In this document: one piece after another, positions 20,098 to 29,732 of the stretch
How the letters are laid out: the number at the start of each line of letters is the position of its first letter
Numbering within the stretch: the stretch's first letter is position 1
DNA from: an uncultured Alphaproteobacteria bacterium
GTDB lineage: Bacteria; Pseudomonadota; Alphaproteobacteria; UBA8366; JADFVY01
Direction: 5' to 3'
Assembly: GCA_947259795.1 (NCBI GenBank)
Contig: CAMYNJ010000139.1
Coordinates: forward strand, 7,850-71,849
DNA: 64,000 bases
Made by a program: the position numbers and the translations under genes
The notes under the pieces: generated by a model
Databases searched by the model: none
Told to the model about the DNA's origin: nothing
Seen by the model: only the letters and a program-made list of their open reading frames with translations

Positions 20098-22563
20098 GTG
20101 GTGGCCGTCATGCAGCAGGAACTGGTAAATACGGATACAGAGCCGGAGAGAGCCTGGAGAGGTTCTATCCTTGTCGTCGATGACGACCCATACAGCCGCG
20201 ATCTGCTTTCCCGACGGATGCAGCGGGCGGGTTATCACGTAACAGCGACAGGCAATGGCTGGGACGTACCGGAGCTGTTGAAACGACATTCTTTCCATCT
20301 GGTTCTGCTCGACGTCATCATGCCGGCCATGAACGGGCGTGACGTGCTGGGCGCAATTCGGACGACGCACAGTTCCGCCGAACTGCCCGTAATCATGGTG
20401 ACCTCGATGACTGAAGGCGACGAAATCGCCGAATGTTTCCGGCGTGGCGCCAACGATTACGTGACCAAGCCATTCCAGTCGCAGGCGCTGGTAGCACGAA
20501 TTGAAACGCATATCGCGCGGCAATGCGCGGAGGCGGCGCTGAAACAATCGCAGGACAAGCTGGAGCGCCGTGTGGAACAACGCACCGCCGAATTGCGGCG
20601 CGCGAACCGACAATTGGAAGATGCCCGCAACATCCTTACGGATGCGCTCGAAGCCATCGGTGACGGCTTCGTCCTATGGGATGGCGACGACAAGCTGGTT
20701 GCCTGCAACCAGCGCTACAGGGAGTTTTTCGGCAAGAATGCCGCGGCCGTCATGCCGGGCGCCAATTTCGAAGATCTCATGCGCATGCAGGTTAACGGCA
20801 GCACGCTTCGCGGCGCCTTCGGGCGAGGCGAAGCATGGCTCGAGAAACGGCTGGCGCGCCACAGGAATCCGGCCGAGCCCTTCGAGGAAGAACTTTCCGA
20901 TGGCGCATGGGCGCAGATTAGTGAAACACGCGCCAGCAACGGCCGCACCGTGGGGCTTTGCACCGACATCACCGAAATCAAGAGGCGCGAAATTGCCCTC
21001 AAGACTTTTGCCGAAACGAATCGGCGCCTGGCCGCCGCCGTAAACGCGACGGACAGTGCCATTCTGATCACCGACCCGACGCGCGTTGGCAATCCGACCG
21101 TTTTCGCGAACCCCGCCTTCACCGCGATGACCGGATGGCCGGTGGAGGAGGCCCTGGGCCGCGACCGCAGGATGCTGGCTGGCGCCGAGACCGACAAGGC
21201 AGAGGTCGAACGCCTCGAAAAATGCATGCGCGACGGTGTGACGGCCAGTGGCGAGCTTAAACTTTACACGAGGGACAGCCGCCTTTTTTGGGCTGAAATC
21301 AGTGCCAGCCCGATTCGCAACAGAGAAGGCGACATCGTAAACTGGGTCATCATCCAGACCGACATTACAAGTCGCAAGGAAACCGAGGAACAGCTCAGCC
21401 AGTCGCAGAAAATGGAAGTGATCGGGCAACTGACCGGCGGGCTGGCTCACGATTTCAATAATCTGCTCACGGTCGTTCTCGGGAATCTGGAATTCCTGCT
21501 TTCACAGGAGTCAGGCCAGGACGACGAGACTCGACAATATCTCGATGCGGCCTTTAAAGCGAGCAAGCGGGGGGCCGAATTGACCAGGCGTATGCTGGCT
21601 TTCGCCCGCCGCCAGACCCTTGAGCCAAAACCGACCGATCTGCGGCAAACAATCAGCGAGATCCGTGATTTTCTGGACCGGTCGCTGGGAACCGGCATCG
21701 TCCTGGAAATGGTTTCCGGTGATGATCTTTGGCCTGTCCTGGTCGATCAGGGGCAGATGGAAAATGCGATTTTGAATCTTGCGGTGAACGCGCGCGACGC
21801 CATGGGCGATTCGGGAACGGTTACTGTCCAGGCCGGCGGCAGGTCGCTGAACCAGGCGGTCGATGCGACGGGTCAGCGCATTCCCGATGGCGACTATGTC
21901 TGCGTCGCCGTATCCGACACCGGGACGGGCATGCCGCCGGAAATTGTAAGCAAGGCGATTCAACCGTTTTTCACGACCAAGGACTCGGGCAAGGGGACCG
22001 GACTTGGCCTGAGCATGGTGTATGGCTTCGTTTCGCAGTCGCACGGTTTCGTGCGCATCGACAGCGAGCCGGGTAAGGGTACGACAGTGGAGCTGTGTTT
22101 CCCCCGGGCCGCGTCATGCACCGTCGCGGAGACGCCGGACGGAGACCAGATCGCCGAAGGCGGCAGCGAGACCATCCTGCTGGTCGATGATGAGCCACAG
22201 GTCCGGACAATCGCCGCAATTCAACTCCAGCGCCTCGGCTACAACGTCCTGCAGGCCGAGGACGGCTGTGAGGCGCTGGAATTGCTGGAACGGTCTCCGG
22301 GGGTGGATCTTCTTGTCGCCGATATTGGCCTGCCCGGCGGGATGAACGGGCTGGAACTGGCTGCGACCATTCGCGAGCGAATCCCCAAGATGCCCATACT
22401 TTACGTTTCCGGCTATTCCGATGGCAACTCATCGGAAACCGCCGAACGGGACAAGGATTCGCAGTTCCTGGCCAAACCCTATGACAATCTGGCGCTGGCC
22501 TGTGCCGTACGCCGTACCCTGGCGATGCATGGAAGGTCAGCGAAATGTCTGCGGCAGGCGTGA
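20098..22563 (+). CDS. Hybrid sensor histidine kinase: REC - PAS - LOV-like PAS - HisKA - HATPase - REC
   Basis: N-terminal receiver (ILVVDDD...LLDVIMP...VTKPF). LOV-like block ILITDP...GRDRRMLAG...WVIIQTDIT. H-box QKMEVIGQLTGGLAHDFNNLL. DTGTGM and GTGLGLS boxes. C-terminal receiver (ILLVDDE...LLVADIGLPG...LAKPY). Start is GTG 20098 or ATG 20110. Confidence 0.9.
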   Translation: MVAVMQQELVNTDTEPERAWRGSILVVDDDPYSRDLLSRRMQRAGYHVTATGNGWDVPELLKRHSFHLVLLDVIMPAMNGRDVLGAIRTTHSSAELPVIMVTSMTEGDEIAECFRRGANDYVTKPFQSQALVARIETHIARQCAEAALKQSQDKLERRVEQRTAELRRANRQLEDARNILTDALEAIGDGFVLWDGDDKLVACNQRYREFFGKNAAAVMPGANFEDLMRMQVNGSTLRGAFGRGEAWLEKRLARHRNPAEPFEEELSDGAWAQISETRASNGRTVGLCTDITEIKRREIALKTFAETNRRLAAAVNATDSAILITDPTRVGNPTVFANPAFTAMTGWPVEEALGRDRRMLAGAETDKAEVERLEKCMRDGVTASGELKLYTRDSRLFWAEISASPIRNREGDIVNWVIIQTDITSRKETEEQLSQSQKMEVIGQLTGGLAHDFNNLLTVVLGNLEFLLSQESGQDDETRQYLDAAFKASKRGAELTRRMLAFARRQTLEPKPTDLRQTISEIRDFLDRSLGTGIVLEMVSGDDLWPVLVDQGQMENAILNLAVNARDAMGDSGTVTVQAGGRSLNQAVDATGQRIPDGDYVCVAVSDTGTGMPPEIVSKAIQPFFTTKDSGKGTGLGLSMVYGFVSQSHGFVRIDSEPGKGTTVELCFPRAASCTVAETPDGDQIAEGGSETILLVDDEPQVRTIAAIQLQRLGYNVLQAEDGCEALELLERSPGVDLLVADIGLPGGMNGLELAATIRERIPKMPILYVSGYSDGNSSETAERDKDSQFLAKPYDNLALACAVRRTLAMHGRSAKCLRQA

Positions 22564-22607
22564 TCGGCGCCGGATCGGCCCCAACGAGAGACCAGCGCTA
22601 ACCCCAG

Positions 22608-25334
22608 CTAACCCCCGGCCGGCGTATTGCCGCCGGCAAAGCTACCCAGGACACGCTGCGCCGGTATGCAGATGGTGGCCGTGGTTCCGTGCCCCGTTTC
22701 ACTAGCGATTTCCAGTCGCCCGCCATGCTGCTGAATCACCATGTTCGCAAGGGTCAGGCCCAATCCCAACCCGGGCTTGTTTCCCACCAGCGGATCGCCT
22801 GTCCTGCCGAACGGCTCCAGGACACGGCTAGTATCATCGGCCGGCATGCCGCATCCGTTATCCGCGACCGAAATACGGACCTCGCCACCGCCATCCACGG
22901 CTGCCCCGACGGTAATATCGTCGCCAGCTTCCGAAAAGACGATGGCGTTCCTCAGAAGACGAACGAGGCATTGCGTGATTTTCGCCCGGTCCACTTGAAG
23001 ATCCGGCAATTCGCCCGGCAGCCGAATATCAAGCCGGCGGCCGGACCCTTCCAGTTCCGCATCGACCGTTTCGCAGCACTCCCGGATAAGGGCTTGAAGT
23101 TGGACCCGGCCTTCGTCGAGTTCGTCGCTGCCCGAGTCGATCCTTGACAGCTCTAGGATATCGTCAATCATTTTCAGCAGGCTGGAACCACATTTATGTA
23201 TGTCGGCTCCATATTCGGCGTAGCGGCCGGCGCAGTGCGACCCCATCCCACCGTCGCGAATTAACTCGGAAAATCCAAGAATGGCATTGAGAGGCGTATG
23301 CAGCTCATGGCTGACATTGGCCAGAAATCGGGTCTTGGCCCCGCTCGCCGCCTCGGCGGCGTCACGGGCAGCCATGATTTCCAGCGTGCGTGCCTGGTCA
23401 TCCGTCACGTCAGTCTCGATACAGATGATTTCGTTATTTCCGGTGCGCCGTTCAACCGTACGCAGCCATCTTCCATCCGAGGTCTGCTGCATGAACCGCC
23501 CGAGCGGCCTGCGATGACGCTCCATTCGCTCGGCGATCCACTCCCTCTCTCGCCCCTGTGCGTCGGGCGGCGGGCCCAGCATGATCGAGTCGCGGACGAA
23601 ATCGCCGAATGGGCAGCCCGGCAGCAGGATATGCGCTGCTGCCGCATGAAACTCTATGAATCTGGCGTTACATGTCAGCAAGCGGTCGTTCGCGTCCCAA
23701 AGGGCAATTCCTTCCGAGATGGCTTCAAGCGAATTGGCGAGCCTCTGCCTGATATCCACCGCCTCGGCCTGCGCCTTGCGCAGGGCGGTGACATCCAGCA
23801 GGAGCACCACAAAGAGCGTGTGGCCATCGTCCCCCGGCACGCTGGTGACGGCCAGTTTGGCTATGAAACTTTCGCCGCCGCCACGACGGGCGGTCACCTC
23901 CGCCGCATCTTCCTGCCGGGCCGCAGCCTGCAGAAAGTCTTCGGCATGCGGGTGGGAGTCAGCGGAAAGAAAATCCAGAAAGCGATGCCCGGTCAGCTGA
24001 TCTTCTTCGAGGCCGAACATCTCTTGTGCGCGCTGGTTTGCCGATCGAATTAGACCGCTCTCATCGACAGCGATAACGCCGTCGAAGGCGGTCTCCAAAA
24101 GGCCCTGGACATAGGCCTCCTTGCGCCCGATGGTAATATTCTGCGTCAGTAAACGCAGGTTCTGAGTGTTCAGCAGGCGCGTCATCCCCAGCCCGAATCC
24201 GGCCAGTGCCGATATCATCCAGGGGACAACATCAATCAACAGCGGCAGAAGCCATTGAACCCCCAGCGCAACAAGAAACACCGTTGAGACAACGACAGCC
24301 GTTGCAACCATACCCCGCTGCCATGGACGGCGGCTGCAAAAGGGCGCCAATACAAAGACAGCCAGGACGATACCGGTCAGCCCCATCAGCGGCGGCGTAC
24401 GCCGTAGGGTCCGGTCCTGCAACAGTGACTCGGTGGCCAGCGCGTGCAGGATGCTCCCCGGAACGGCCGACCCCTGCGGGGTGGGAAAACCATCGGCGAG
24501 TTCGGCTGCAGTGGCGCCAACAATCACGATCTTGTCCGATAAAACGCCACGGTCGAACCGGCCATTCAGAATATCGGCGAAGGGTATGCGCGAGAGGCTG
24601 TCACCATCGATTCCGTAGTCGATGTAGAAGCGACTCGGAACCCGCGCTTCACGCCCGGCCATCAGCGTCGCCAGCGTGGGTATCTCGCTATCACGCCAAT
24701 CGATTTCGCCACGCAATTCGCGGACAAATCCGTCGGCTGCGGGGAACAGGTTTACGGACGCCGTCGTGACATGCCGCGCGAATGCGGGGAGGGGGCTTGT
24801 ATAAACGACGCTGCGGCCGCCGTTTCCGTGTATTTCCGTCTGTAGAAAGGCCGGCAGAATGGTTTTTCGTCCGGCCCTGGCGAGAGAATCCTCGAATTGC
24901 AGGTCGACCGCCGGAAGCGAGGCGGAACTGAAATCGACATTGTAGGCAATTGTCCGCGGCCCCGCCGCGACGAGGTTGTCCAGCGCCTGCGCATGAATCG
25001 TACGCGGCCAGGGCCAGACACCCAACTCTTTCAGGCTGCCGTTGTCTATCGCAACGAGGACGATGTCGTCCCCGACATCACGCTTTGTCAGTTCAAACCT
25101 CAGGTCGAACAGGCGAAGTTCAAGGAACTCCATTGCCCCGCCGAGATAGAGCAAGGATAACGCCAGGGCTACGGCCAGATGCGCGCCAACGTGACGAACG
25201 AATTTCGCCAGTTTACTCACGCCCGTCAGTTGCCCTGCGGGCGCGGGTCGTTGCAGATCATTTCGGCCCCCTCGCCTTCGCGCCGCCGCCATTTTCGGAC
25301 TTCGAGTCGCCATGCGAATCGCGAACGCCCGCAC
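22608..25334 (-). CDS. CHASE2-domain sensor histidine kinase (CHASE2 - TMs - PAS x2 - HisKA - HATPase)
   Basis: CHASE2 signature DDIVLVAIDNGSLKELGVWPWPRTIHAQALDNL...YNVDFS. H-box FLANVSHELHTPLNAILGF. The start is uncertain: ATG 25334, 25313 or 25292, or GTG 25220, the last of which would avoid overlapping the upstream gene. Confidence 0.88.
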   Translation of the reverse strand: MRAFAIRMATRSPKMAAARRRGGRNDLQRPAPAGQLTGVSKLAKFVRHVGAHLAVALALSLLYLGGAMEFLELRLFDLRFELTKRDVGDDIVLVAIDNGSLKELGVWPWPRTIHAQALDNLVAAGPRTIAYNVDFSSASLPAVDLQFEDSLARAGRKTILPAFLQTEIHGNGGRSVVYTSPLPAFARHVTTASVNLFPAADGFVRELRGEIDWRDSEIPTLATLMAGREARVPSRFYIDYGIDGDSLSRIPFADILNGRFDRGVLSDKIVIVGATAAELADGFPTPQGSAVPGSILHALATESLLQDRTLRRTPPLMGLTGIVLAVFVLAPFCSRRPWQRGMVATAVVVSTVFLVALGVQWLLPLLIDVVPWMISALAGFGLGMTRLLNTQNLRLLTQNITIGRKEAYVQGLLETAFDGVIAVDESGLIRSANQRAQEMFGLEEDQLTGHRFLDFLSADSHPHAEDFLQAAARQEDAAEVTARRGGGESFIAKLAVTSVPGDDGHTLFVVLLLDVTALRKAQAEAVDIRQRLANSLEAISEGIALWDANDRLLTCNARFIEFHAAAAHILLPGCPFGDFVRDSIMLGPPPDAQGREREWIAERMERHRRPLGRFMQQTSDGRWLRTVERRTGNNEIICIETDVTDDQARTLEIMAARDAAEAASGAKTRFLANVSHELHTPLNAILGFSELIRDGGMGSHCAGRYAEYGADIHKCGSSLLKMIDDILELSRIDSGSDELDEGRVQLQALIRECCETVDAELEGSGRRLDIRLPGELPDLQVDRAKITQCLVRLLRNAIVFSEAGDDITVGAAVDGGGEVRISVADNGCGMPADDTSRVLEPFGRTGDPLVGNKPGLGLGLTLANMVIQQHGGRLEIASETGHGTTATICIPAQRVLGSFAGGNTPAGG

Positions 25335-26109
25335 CTTTCTGCCCGCCGTGATTATGCTTTTCCTCGCGGTTCACGCCGTGTACGTCGCCCGTCTTGCCCG
25401 TATGCGACGGCGACTCTTCGGGCGCGGGCGGTGGGGACGGCGGTACCCGTTCGGGAGGCGCAGGCGTACGTGGCGCGGGCTCACCCCCGGGCGGCGGCAA
25501 CAGCAATAACAGGCCCGAAGCGTTCGCCAGAACCGATTGGCCGGCCATGACATCCAGACCCTCGCCGCCACCGCGGGGCGTGGCCCTGACCACGCCCTCC
25601 GTTACCACCAGCAGGTCGCCCTGGGAACCGAGGACAATGTGGAATTCGGTACCCTTGACAGTGGCTACCAAGTATCTGCTCTCGACCTCGAACTTGCGCC
25701 CCGCGACAGCCTTGACACTGTACCAGACGGTGCCTGCCGCCTGCCGTATCAGAGAAAGCAGGTCGCCGGGCGAATCCTCCAGCGTGAGCCGCGTATCGGG
25801 CCCGGCCTGGATTCGATCCTCACCGCGCCACAGTTCAACACGCGCGCGGGATGCCGTTTCTATTTCCGCCGGCGGGGAAAGGATCGCGCCGGCCCGCAAC
25901 GGATGCCAGGGGTCGTCCCCGGCAGCGGCCGGCAGGCTGCGCCAGTTGACTTCCCCCACTGCAAGATGGACTTGCCAATTGCCGGCCGGGAGCCGCCGTC
26001 CCGATTCTGCGGGAGCGGTTTGCGCCCAAGCGGTCTCGACTGCCAGCAGGCCCAACAGAAGCGCGAACCCAAGCCGCATGTTGTGGCCTATTCGAACCGC
26101 ATAAGTCAT
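25258..26109 (-). CDS. FecR-domain periplasmic protein with Pro-rich then His/Gly/Lys-rich tail
   Basis: Signal peptide MRLGFALLLGLLAVETAWAQ (probable start 26079). FecR-like beta-rich core (GEVNWRS...GAILSPPAEIETASRARVEL...DTRLTLED). It sits directly upstream of the CHASE2 kinase. Confidence 0.75.
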   Translation of the reverse strand: MTYAVRIGHNMRLGFALLLGLLAVETAWAQTAPAESGRRLPAGNWQVHLAVGEVNWRSLPAAAGDDPWHPLRAGAILSPPAEIETASRARVELWRGEDRIQAGPDTRLTLEDSPGDLLSLIRQAAGTVWYSVKAVAGRKFEVESRYLVATVKGTEFHIVLGSQGDLLVVTEGVVRATPRGGGEGLDVMAGQSVLANASGLLLLLPPPGGEPAPRTPAPPERVPPSPPPAPEESPSHTGKTGDVHGVNREEKHNHGGQKGAGVRDSHGDSKSENGGGAKARGPK

Positions 26110-26292
26110 TTCCCACCCGAGTTTCCCTTGCTAAACAAGCACAATACAACAAGAAAGCCGTATATCCATTCGTATTATTCGCTGCAAGCCATTGATATAG
26201 CCGCATCGGTTGCATTATCAACGATAGATACCGCCTTGCATTGAAAATGGCTTCCGGACCAATGGCCACGGTCTTCCCTGGAGCCGATCCGC

Positions 26293-28644
26293 CTAGGCCC
26301 GCGCTTCCCGGATGGCGCGCCAGATGCGTTCCGGCGTGGCCGGCATCGGCAGGTCCGTCACGCCCAGGGGCGCCAGCGCGTTGAGGATGGCGTTGAAGGC
26401 GGTGGGAATCGCCGCGCTCGTCCCTGCCTCGCCGCAGCCCTTGACGCCCAGCGCATTGGTGGTCGCGGGTACCGGGTGATGGCGGATGTCGAAGGAAGGC
26501 GCCGTATCGGCACGGGGCATGGCGTAGTCCATGAAGGAGCCGGTGAGCAACTGGCCGTCGGCATCGTAGACCGCGGTTTCCATCAGCGCCTGGCCGACGC
26601 CCTGGACGATGCCGCCATGGATTTGCCCCTCAACCAGCATGGGATTGATAAGATTGCCGAAATCATTGACTGCCAGATAGCGGTCGATGCGGCAATGGCC
26701 GGTTTCCGGGTCGATCTCGACCTCGCAGATATGGCAGCCATTCGGGAAAGCGGATGGCGGCGTATCGGTGACCAGCTCCGCATCCAGCGAACCGGGAAGG
26801 CCATCTGGCACGCTGTCCGCCGCCGCGACCCGGGCCGCGAGATCCTGAATGGCGATTACCCGGTCGGTGCCGGCCACACGGAACTCGCCGGCAACGAACT
26901 CGATATCCTCCACCGCCGCCTCCATTTCTTGCGCCGCCCACCGGCGCCCGTTCTCGATCACAGCATCCGACGCCAGGGCGAAGGCATTGCCGCTGGCCAT
27001 CGCCGATTTCGAACCGCCGGTGCCGCCGCCCATCTTCAACGCGTCGCTGTCGCCCTGCACCAGGTCGATCATATCGAAAGGAATGCCCAGCCGGCCGGCA
27101 ACGATTTGCGCGAAGGCGGTTGCGTGGCCCTGGCCCTGGTCCAGGGTGCCGGTCAGGATAGTCACCCGCCCGTCCGGGCGGAAGTGGACGCCGCCAAGCT
27201 CCTTACCCGGCCCTGCCGTTACCTCCAGATAGCTGGTCAAGGCGCGGCCGCGCAGCAGGCCCCTCGCTTTCGACTCCGTCCGGCGAGCCTCGTAACCGTT
27301 CCAGTCGGCGCCGGCCGTGGCTTCGTCGAGAAGGGTGGGGAAATCGCCGCTGTCGTAAGTCATGCCGGACGCGGACCTGAAGGGAATCGCGTCGGCCGGG
27401 ATCAGGTTGCGCCGTCGCAGTTCCAGCCTGTCGCGGCCGGTTTCCCGCGCCGCCGCGTCGACCAGCCGCTCCATGATGTAGTTGCCCTCGGGCCGGCCCG
27501 CTCCGCGATAGGGCGCGATGGTCACCGTGTTGGTGAAGACGCAGCGGCAGGTCACCGCGATTGCCGGTGTCTTGTAGAGACTAGCGACGTTCTTCATGAT
27601 ATTGCCCGACGCCATGACCGGGCCGAAGGGCGTCATATAAGCGCCCAGATTGCCGATCATGTCGATCCGCATGGCCAGGAAATCGCCCTCTTCGTTCAGT
27701 GCCAGCGCGGCATCGGCGATCATGTCGCGGCCCTGGAAGTCCGAGAGGAAGGCGCCGCTGCGGTCGTCGACCCATTTGACCGGCCGGCCCAGGTCGCGCG
27801 CCGCATGCAGCACCAGCAGGTTCTCGGCGAATTGCTGCGACTTCATGCCGAAGGAGCCACCGATATCCTTCGACACGACATGCAGCTTTTCCGGTTCGAT
27901 TTTCAGAACCGCCGTGGCCAGGGTCTGGCGCATGCCGTACACGCCCTGGCAACCCAGATGGACCGTGAAGCGCCCGCTCGCCTTGTCGTATTCGCCGACC
28001 GCGCCGCGCGGCTCCATCGCCGCCACCACCACGCGGTTGATCGGTATGCGCATCCGGGTGATATGGGCTGCCTTGCCGAAGGCCTGCTCGACCGCGTCGA
28101 AATTGCCGTCCTGCCAGTCCAGGCAGAGATTCGCAGCATCGTCATGGATTTGCACGGCTTCAGGGGCCAGCGCGTCCTCCGGGTCGACGATCGCGGCCAG
28201 CGGGTCGATATCGAACATCACGGCTTCGGCCCCGTCGCGCGCCGCCTCGGGCGTTTCGGCCACTACGAAGGCCAAGCCTTCGCCAACGAATTTCACCTTG
28301 CCGTCCGCCAGCGCATATCGCGCCGGATTCTCCGGATCGCTGCCATCCCTGCTCTTGATCAGCCTGCTGCCGGGAAAGGGACCGTATCCGGCGGATTTTA
28401 AGTCGTCGATCCCGTATGCAGCCAGGACGCCTTCCACCTCACGCGCAGCCGACAAGTCGAGGCCGCGGATGATTCCGTGCGCATGGGGCGAGCGCAACAC
28501 ATAGCCATAGACCATGCCGGGCAAATCGATATCGCCGGTAAATCGTCCTTCGCCGCGCAAAAGCCGGGGGTCCTCTTTTCGCGAAACGGATTGCCCGCTG
28601 GCGAATTTTTCGAACGCCGCCGGCGTTGGGGAAATCTCATTCAA
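26293..28644 (-). CDS. Xanthine dehydrogenase-family molybdopterin-binding subunit (CoxL form II-like)
   Basis: N-terminal SVSRKEDPRLLRGEGRFTGD, an active-site loop of PYRGAGR type, and a length of 783 aa. Confidence 0.88.
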   Translation of the reverse strand: MNEISPTPAAFEKFASGQSVSRKEDPRLLRGEGRFTGDIDLPGMVYGYVLRSPHAHGIIRGLDLSAAREVEGVLAAYGIDDLKSAGYGPFPGSRLIKSRDGSDPENPARYALADGKVKFVGEGLAFVVAETPEAARDGAEAVMFDIDPLAAIVDPEDALAPEAVQIHDDAANLCLDWQDGNFDAVEQAFGKAAHITRMRIPINRVVVAAMEPRGAVGEYDKASGRFTVHLGCQGVYGMRQTLATAVLKIEPEKLHVVSKDIGGSFGMKSQQFAENLLVLHAARDLGRPVKWVDDRSGAFLSDFQGRDMIADAALALNEEGDFLAMRIDMIGNLGAYMTPFGPVMASGNIMKNVASLYKTPAIAVTCRCVFTNTVTIAPYRGAGRPEGNYIMERLVDAAARETGRDRLELRRRNLIPADAIPFRSASGMTYDSGDFPTLLDEATAGADWNGYEARRTESKARGLLRGRALTSYLEVTAGPGKELGGVHFRPDGRVTILTGTLDQGQGHATAFAQIVAGRLGIPFDMIDLVQGDSDALKMGGGTGGSKSAMASGNAFALASDAVIENGRRWAAQEMEAAVEDIEFVAGEFRVAGTDRVIAIQDLAARVAAADSVPDGLPGSLDAELVTDTPPSAFPNGCHICEVEIDPETGHCRIDRYLAVNDFGNLINPMLVEGQIHGGIVQGVGQALMETAVYDADGQLLTGSFMDYAMPRADTAPSFDIRHHPVPATTNALGVKGCGEAGTSAAIPTAFNAILNALAPLGVTDLPMPATPERIWRAIREARA

Positions 28645-28768
28645 CAGTCTTGATAGCAGCTTCGACCGCCAAGGTCAGGGGCATGTTACGGATTCCAGCC
28701 GCTCACCTCGCCGGCGGATGCACCGGCGTTCCGCCTTCCGATGGCGGGTCCGGCAATCGCACCCGGCC

Positions 28769-29560
28769 TCAGCCCTTGCGCTTTATCAGCCCCCGGTACG
28801 CGTGCCAGCTGGCATGGCCGACCAGTGGCAAGGTCAGGACAAGACCGATATAGCCCGCGATCAGGCCCGCACCCGTTATGACGACGATTGTCATCGCCCA
28901 GAACAGCATGGTGCGGAAATTCAGCGCCACGGCCACGACACTGGTGACGACGGCCTCGAGAAAGCCGGCGCGCTCGTCCAGCATGATCGGCAGTGACGCG
29001 ACGCCCCCCATGAAAACGAGGACGGCGAGCACACCGCCGACCGCCGTGCCAATAGTCAGGAAGATATATCCTTCGACGGAAAAAAGGATCGCATTGAGCA
29101 TGCTCTGCAGATCCAGACTGGTATAGGGAAAGGTGAGGGCGAAAATCATCACTGCGAGCCGAGCCCAGACGATCATAAACAGCACCAGGGCGAGGCCGGT
29201 TCCGAGCAGCGGTGCCGGATTGGCACGCCAGGAACTCAGCGCACGTCGGAGGCTTGGCCGCTCCCCATGTTCAAGATCGCGGCTGATTGCGTGGAACCCG
29301 ACGGTCAGTGCGGGCCCCACGAGGAGAAAGCCGCTGATCATCAGCGCTATAAGATATTCGAGGCCGGCCAGGAAGAGTCCGACGGTGATCAGGATTCCGG
29401 TGACAACGAAGATCAACCCATAACTGATGCTGACCCATCCGCCGGCCTTGAAATCCCGCCATCCGGCGCCAAGCCACTGGAATGTGTCGTCGATGGTAAC
29501 CCTGTTTACGCGGTCCTGGTAGGGCAGGACCTCCGGCGGCCGGTCTTCTGTATCGCTCAT
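28769..29560 (-). CDS. DUF2189-like integral membrane protein
   Basis: N-terminal WLGAGWRDFKA motif followed by several long hydrophobic helices. Family assignment is from memory of the motif only. Confidence 0.6.
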   Translation of the reverse strand: MSDTEDRPPEVLPYQDRVNRVTIDDTFQWLGAGWRDFKAGGWVSISYGLIFVVTGILITVGLFLAGLEYLIALMISGFLLVGPALTVGFHAISRDLEHGERPSLRRALSSWRANPAPLLGTGLALVLFMIVWARLAVMIFALTFPYTSLDLQSMLNAILFSVEGYIFLTIGTAVGGVLAVLVFMGGVASLPIMLDERAGFLEAVVTSVVAVALNFRTMLFWAMTIVVITGAGLIAGYIGLVLTLPLVGHASWHAYRGLIKRKG

Positions 29561-29732
29561 CCGTCGCTACGCTCTCTGTCTGGAATGTCTAACCCTACAA
29601 AACTCCGGTCAAAGGCAGCCTGGCCCAGCTTTCGAAGCTTTGCACACCCTCGTGCAGAATAGCCGCAATGAGCGGCGTTTGGGCAATTTTCCTTGAGAAA
29701 TGGTAAGACCACCCGCGGCAATTGCGGGATTA

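Noticed and set aside
26476-28401. 641-aa plus-strand ORF
   Set aside because: It is antisense to the CoxL-like gene and has no motifs. It is a shadow ORF.
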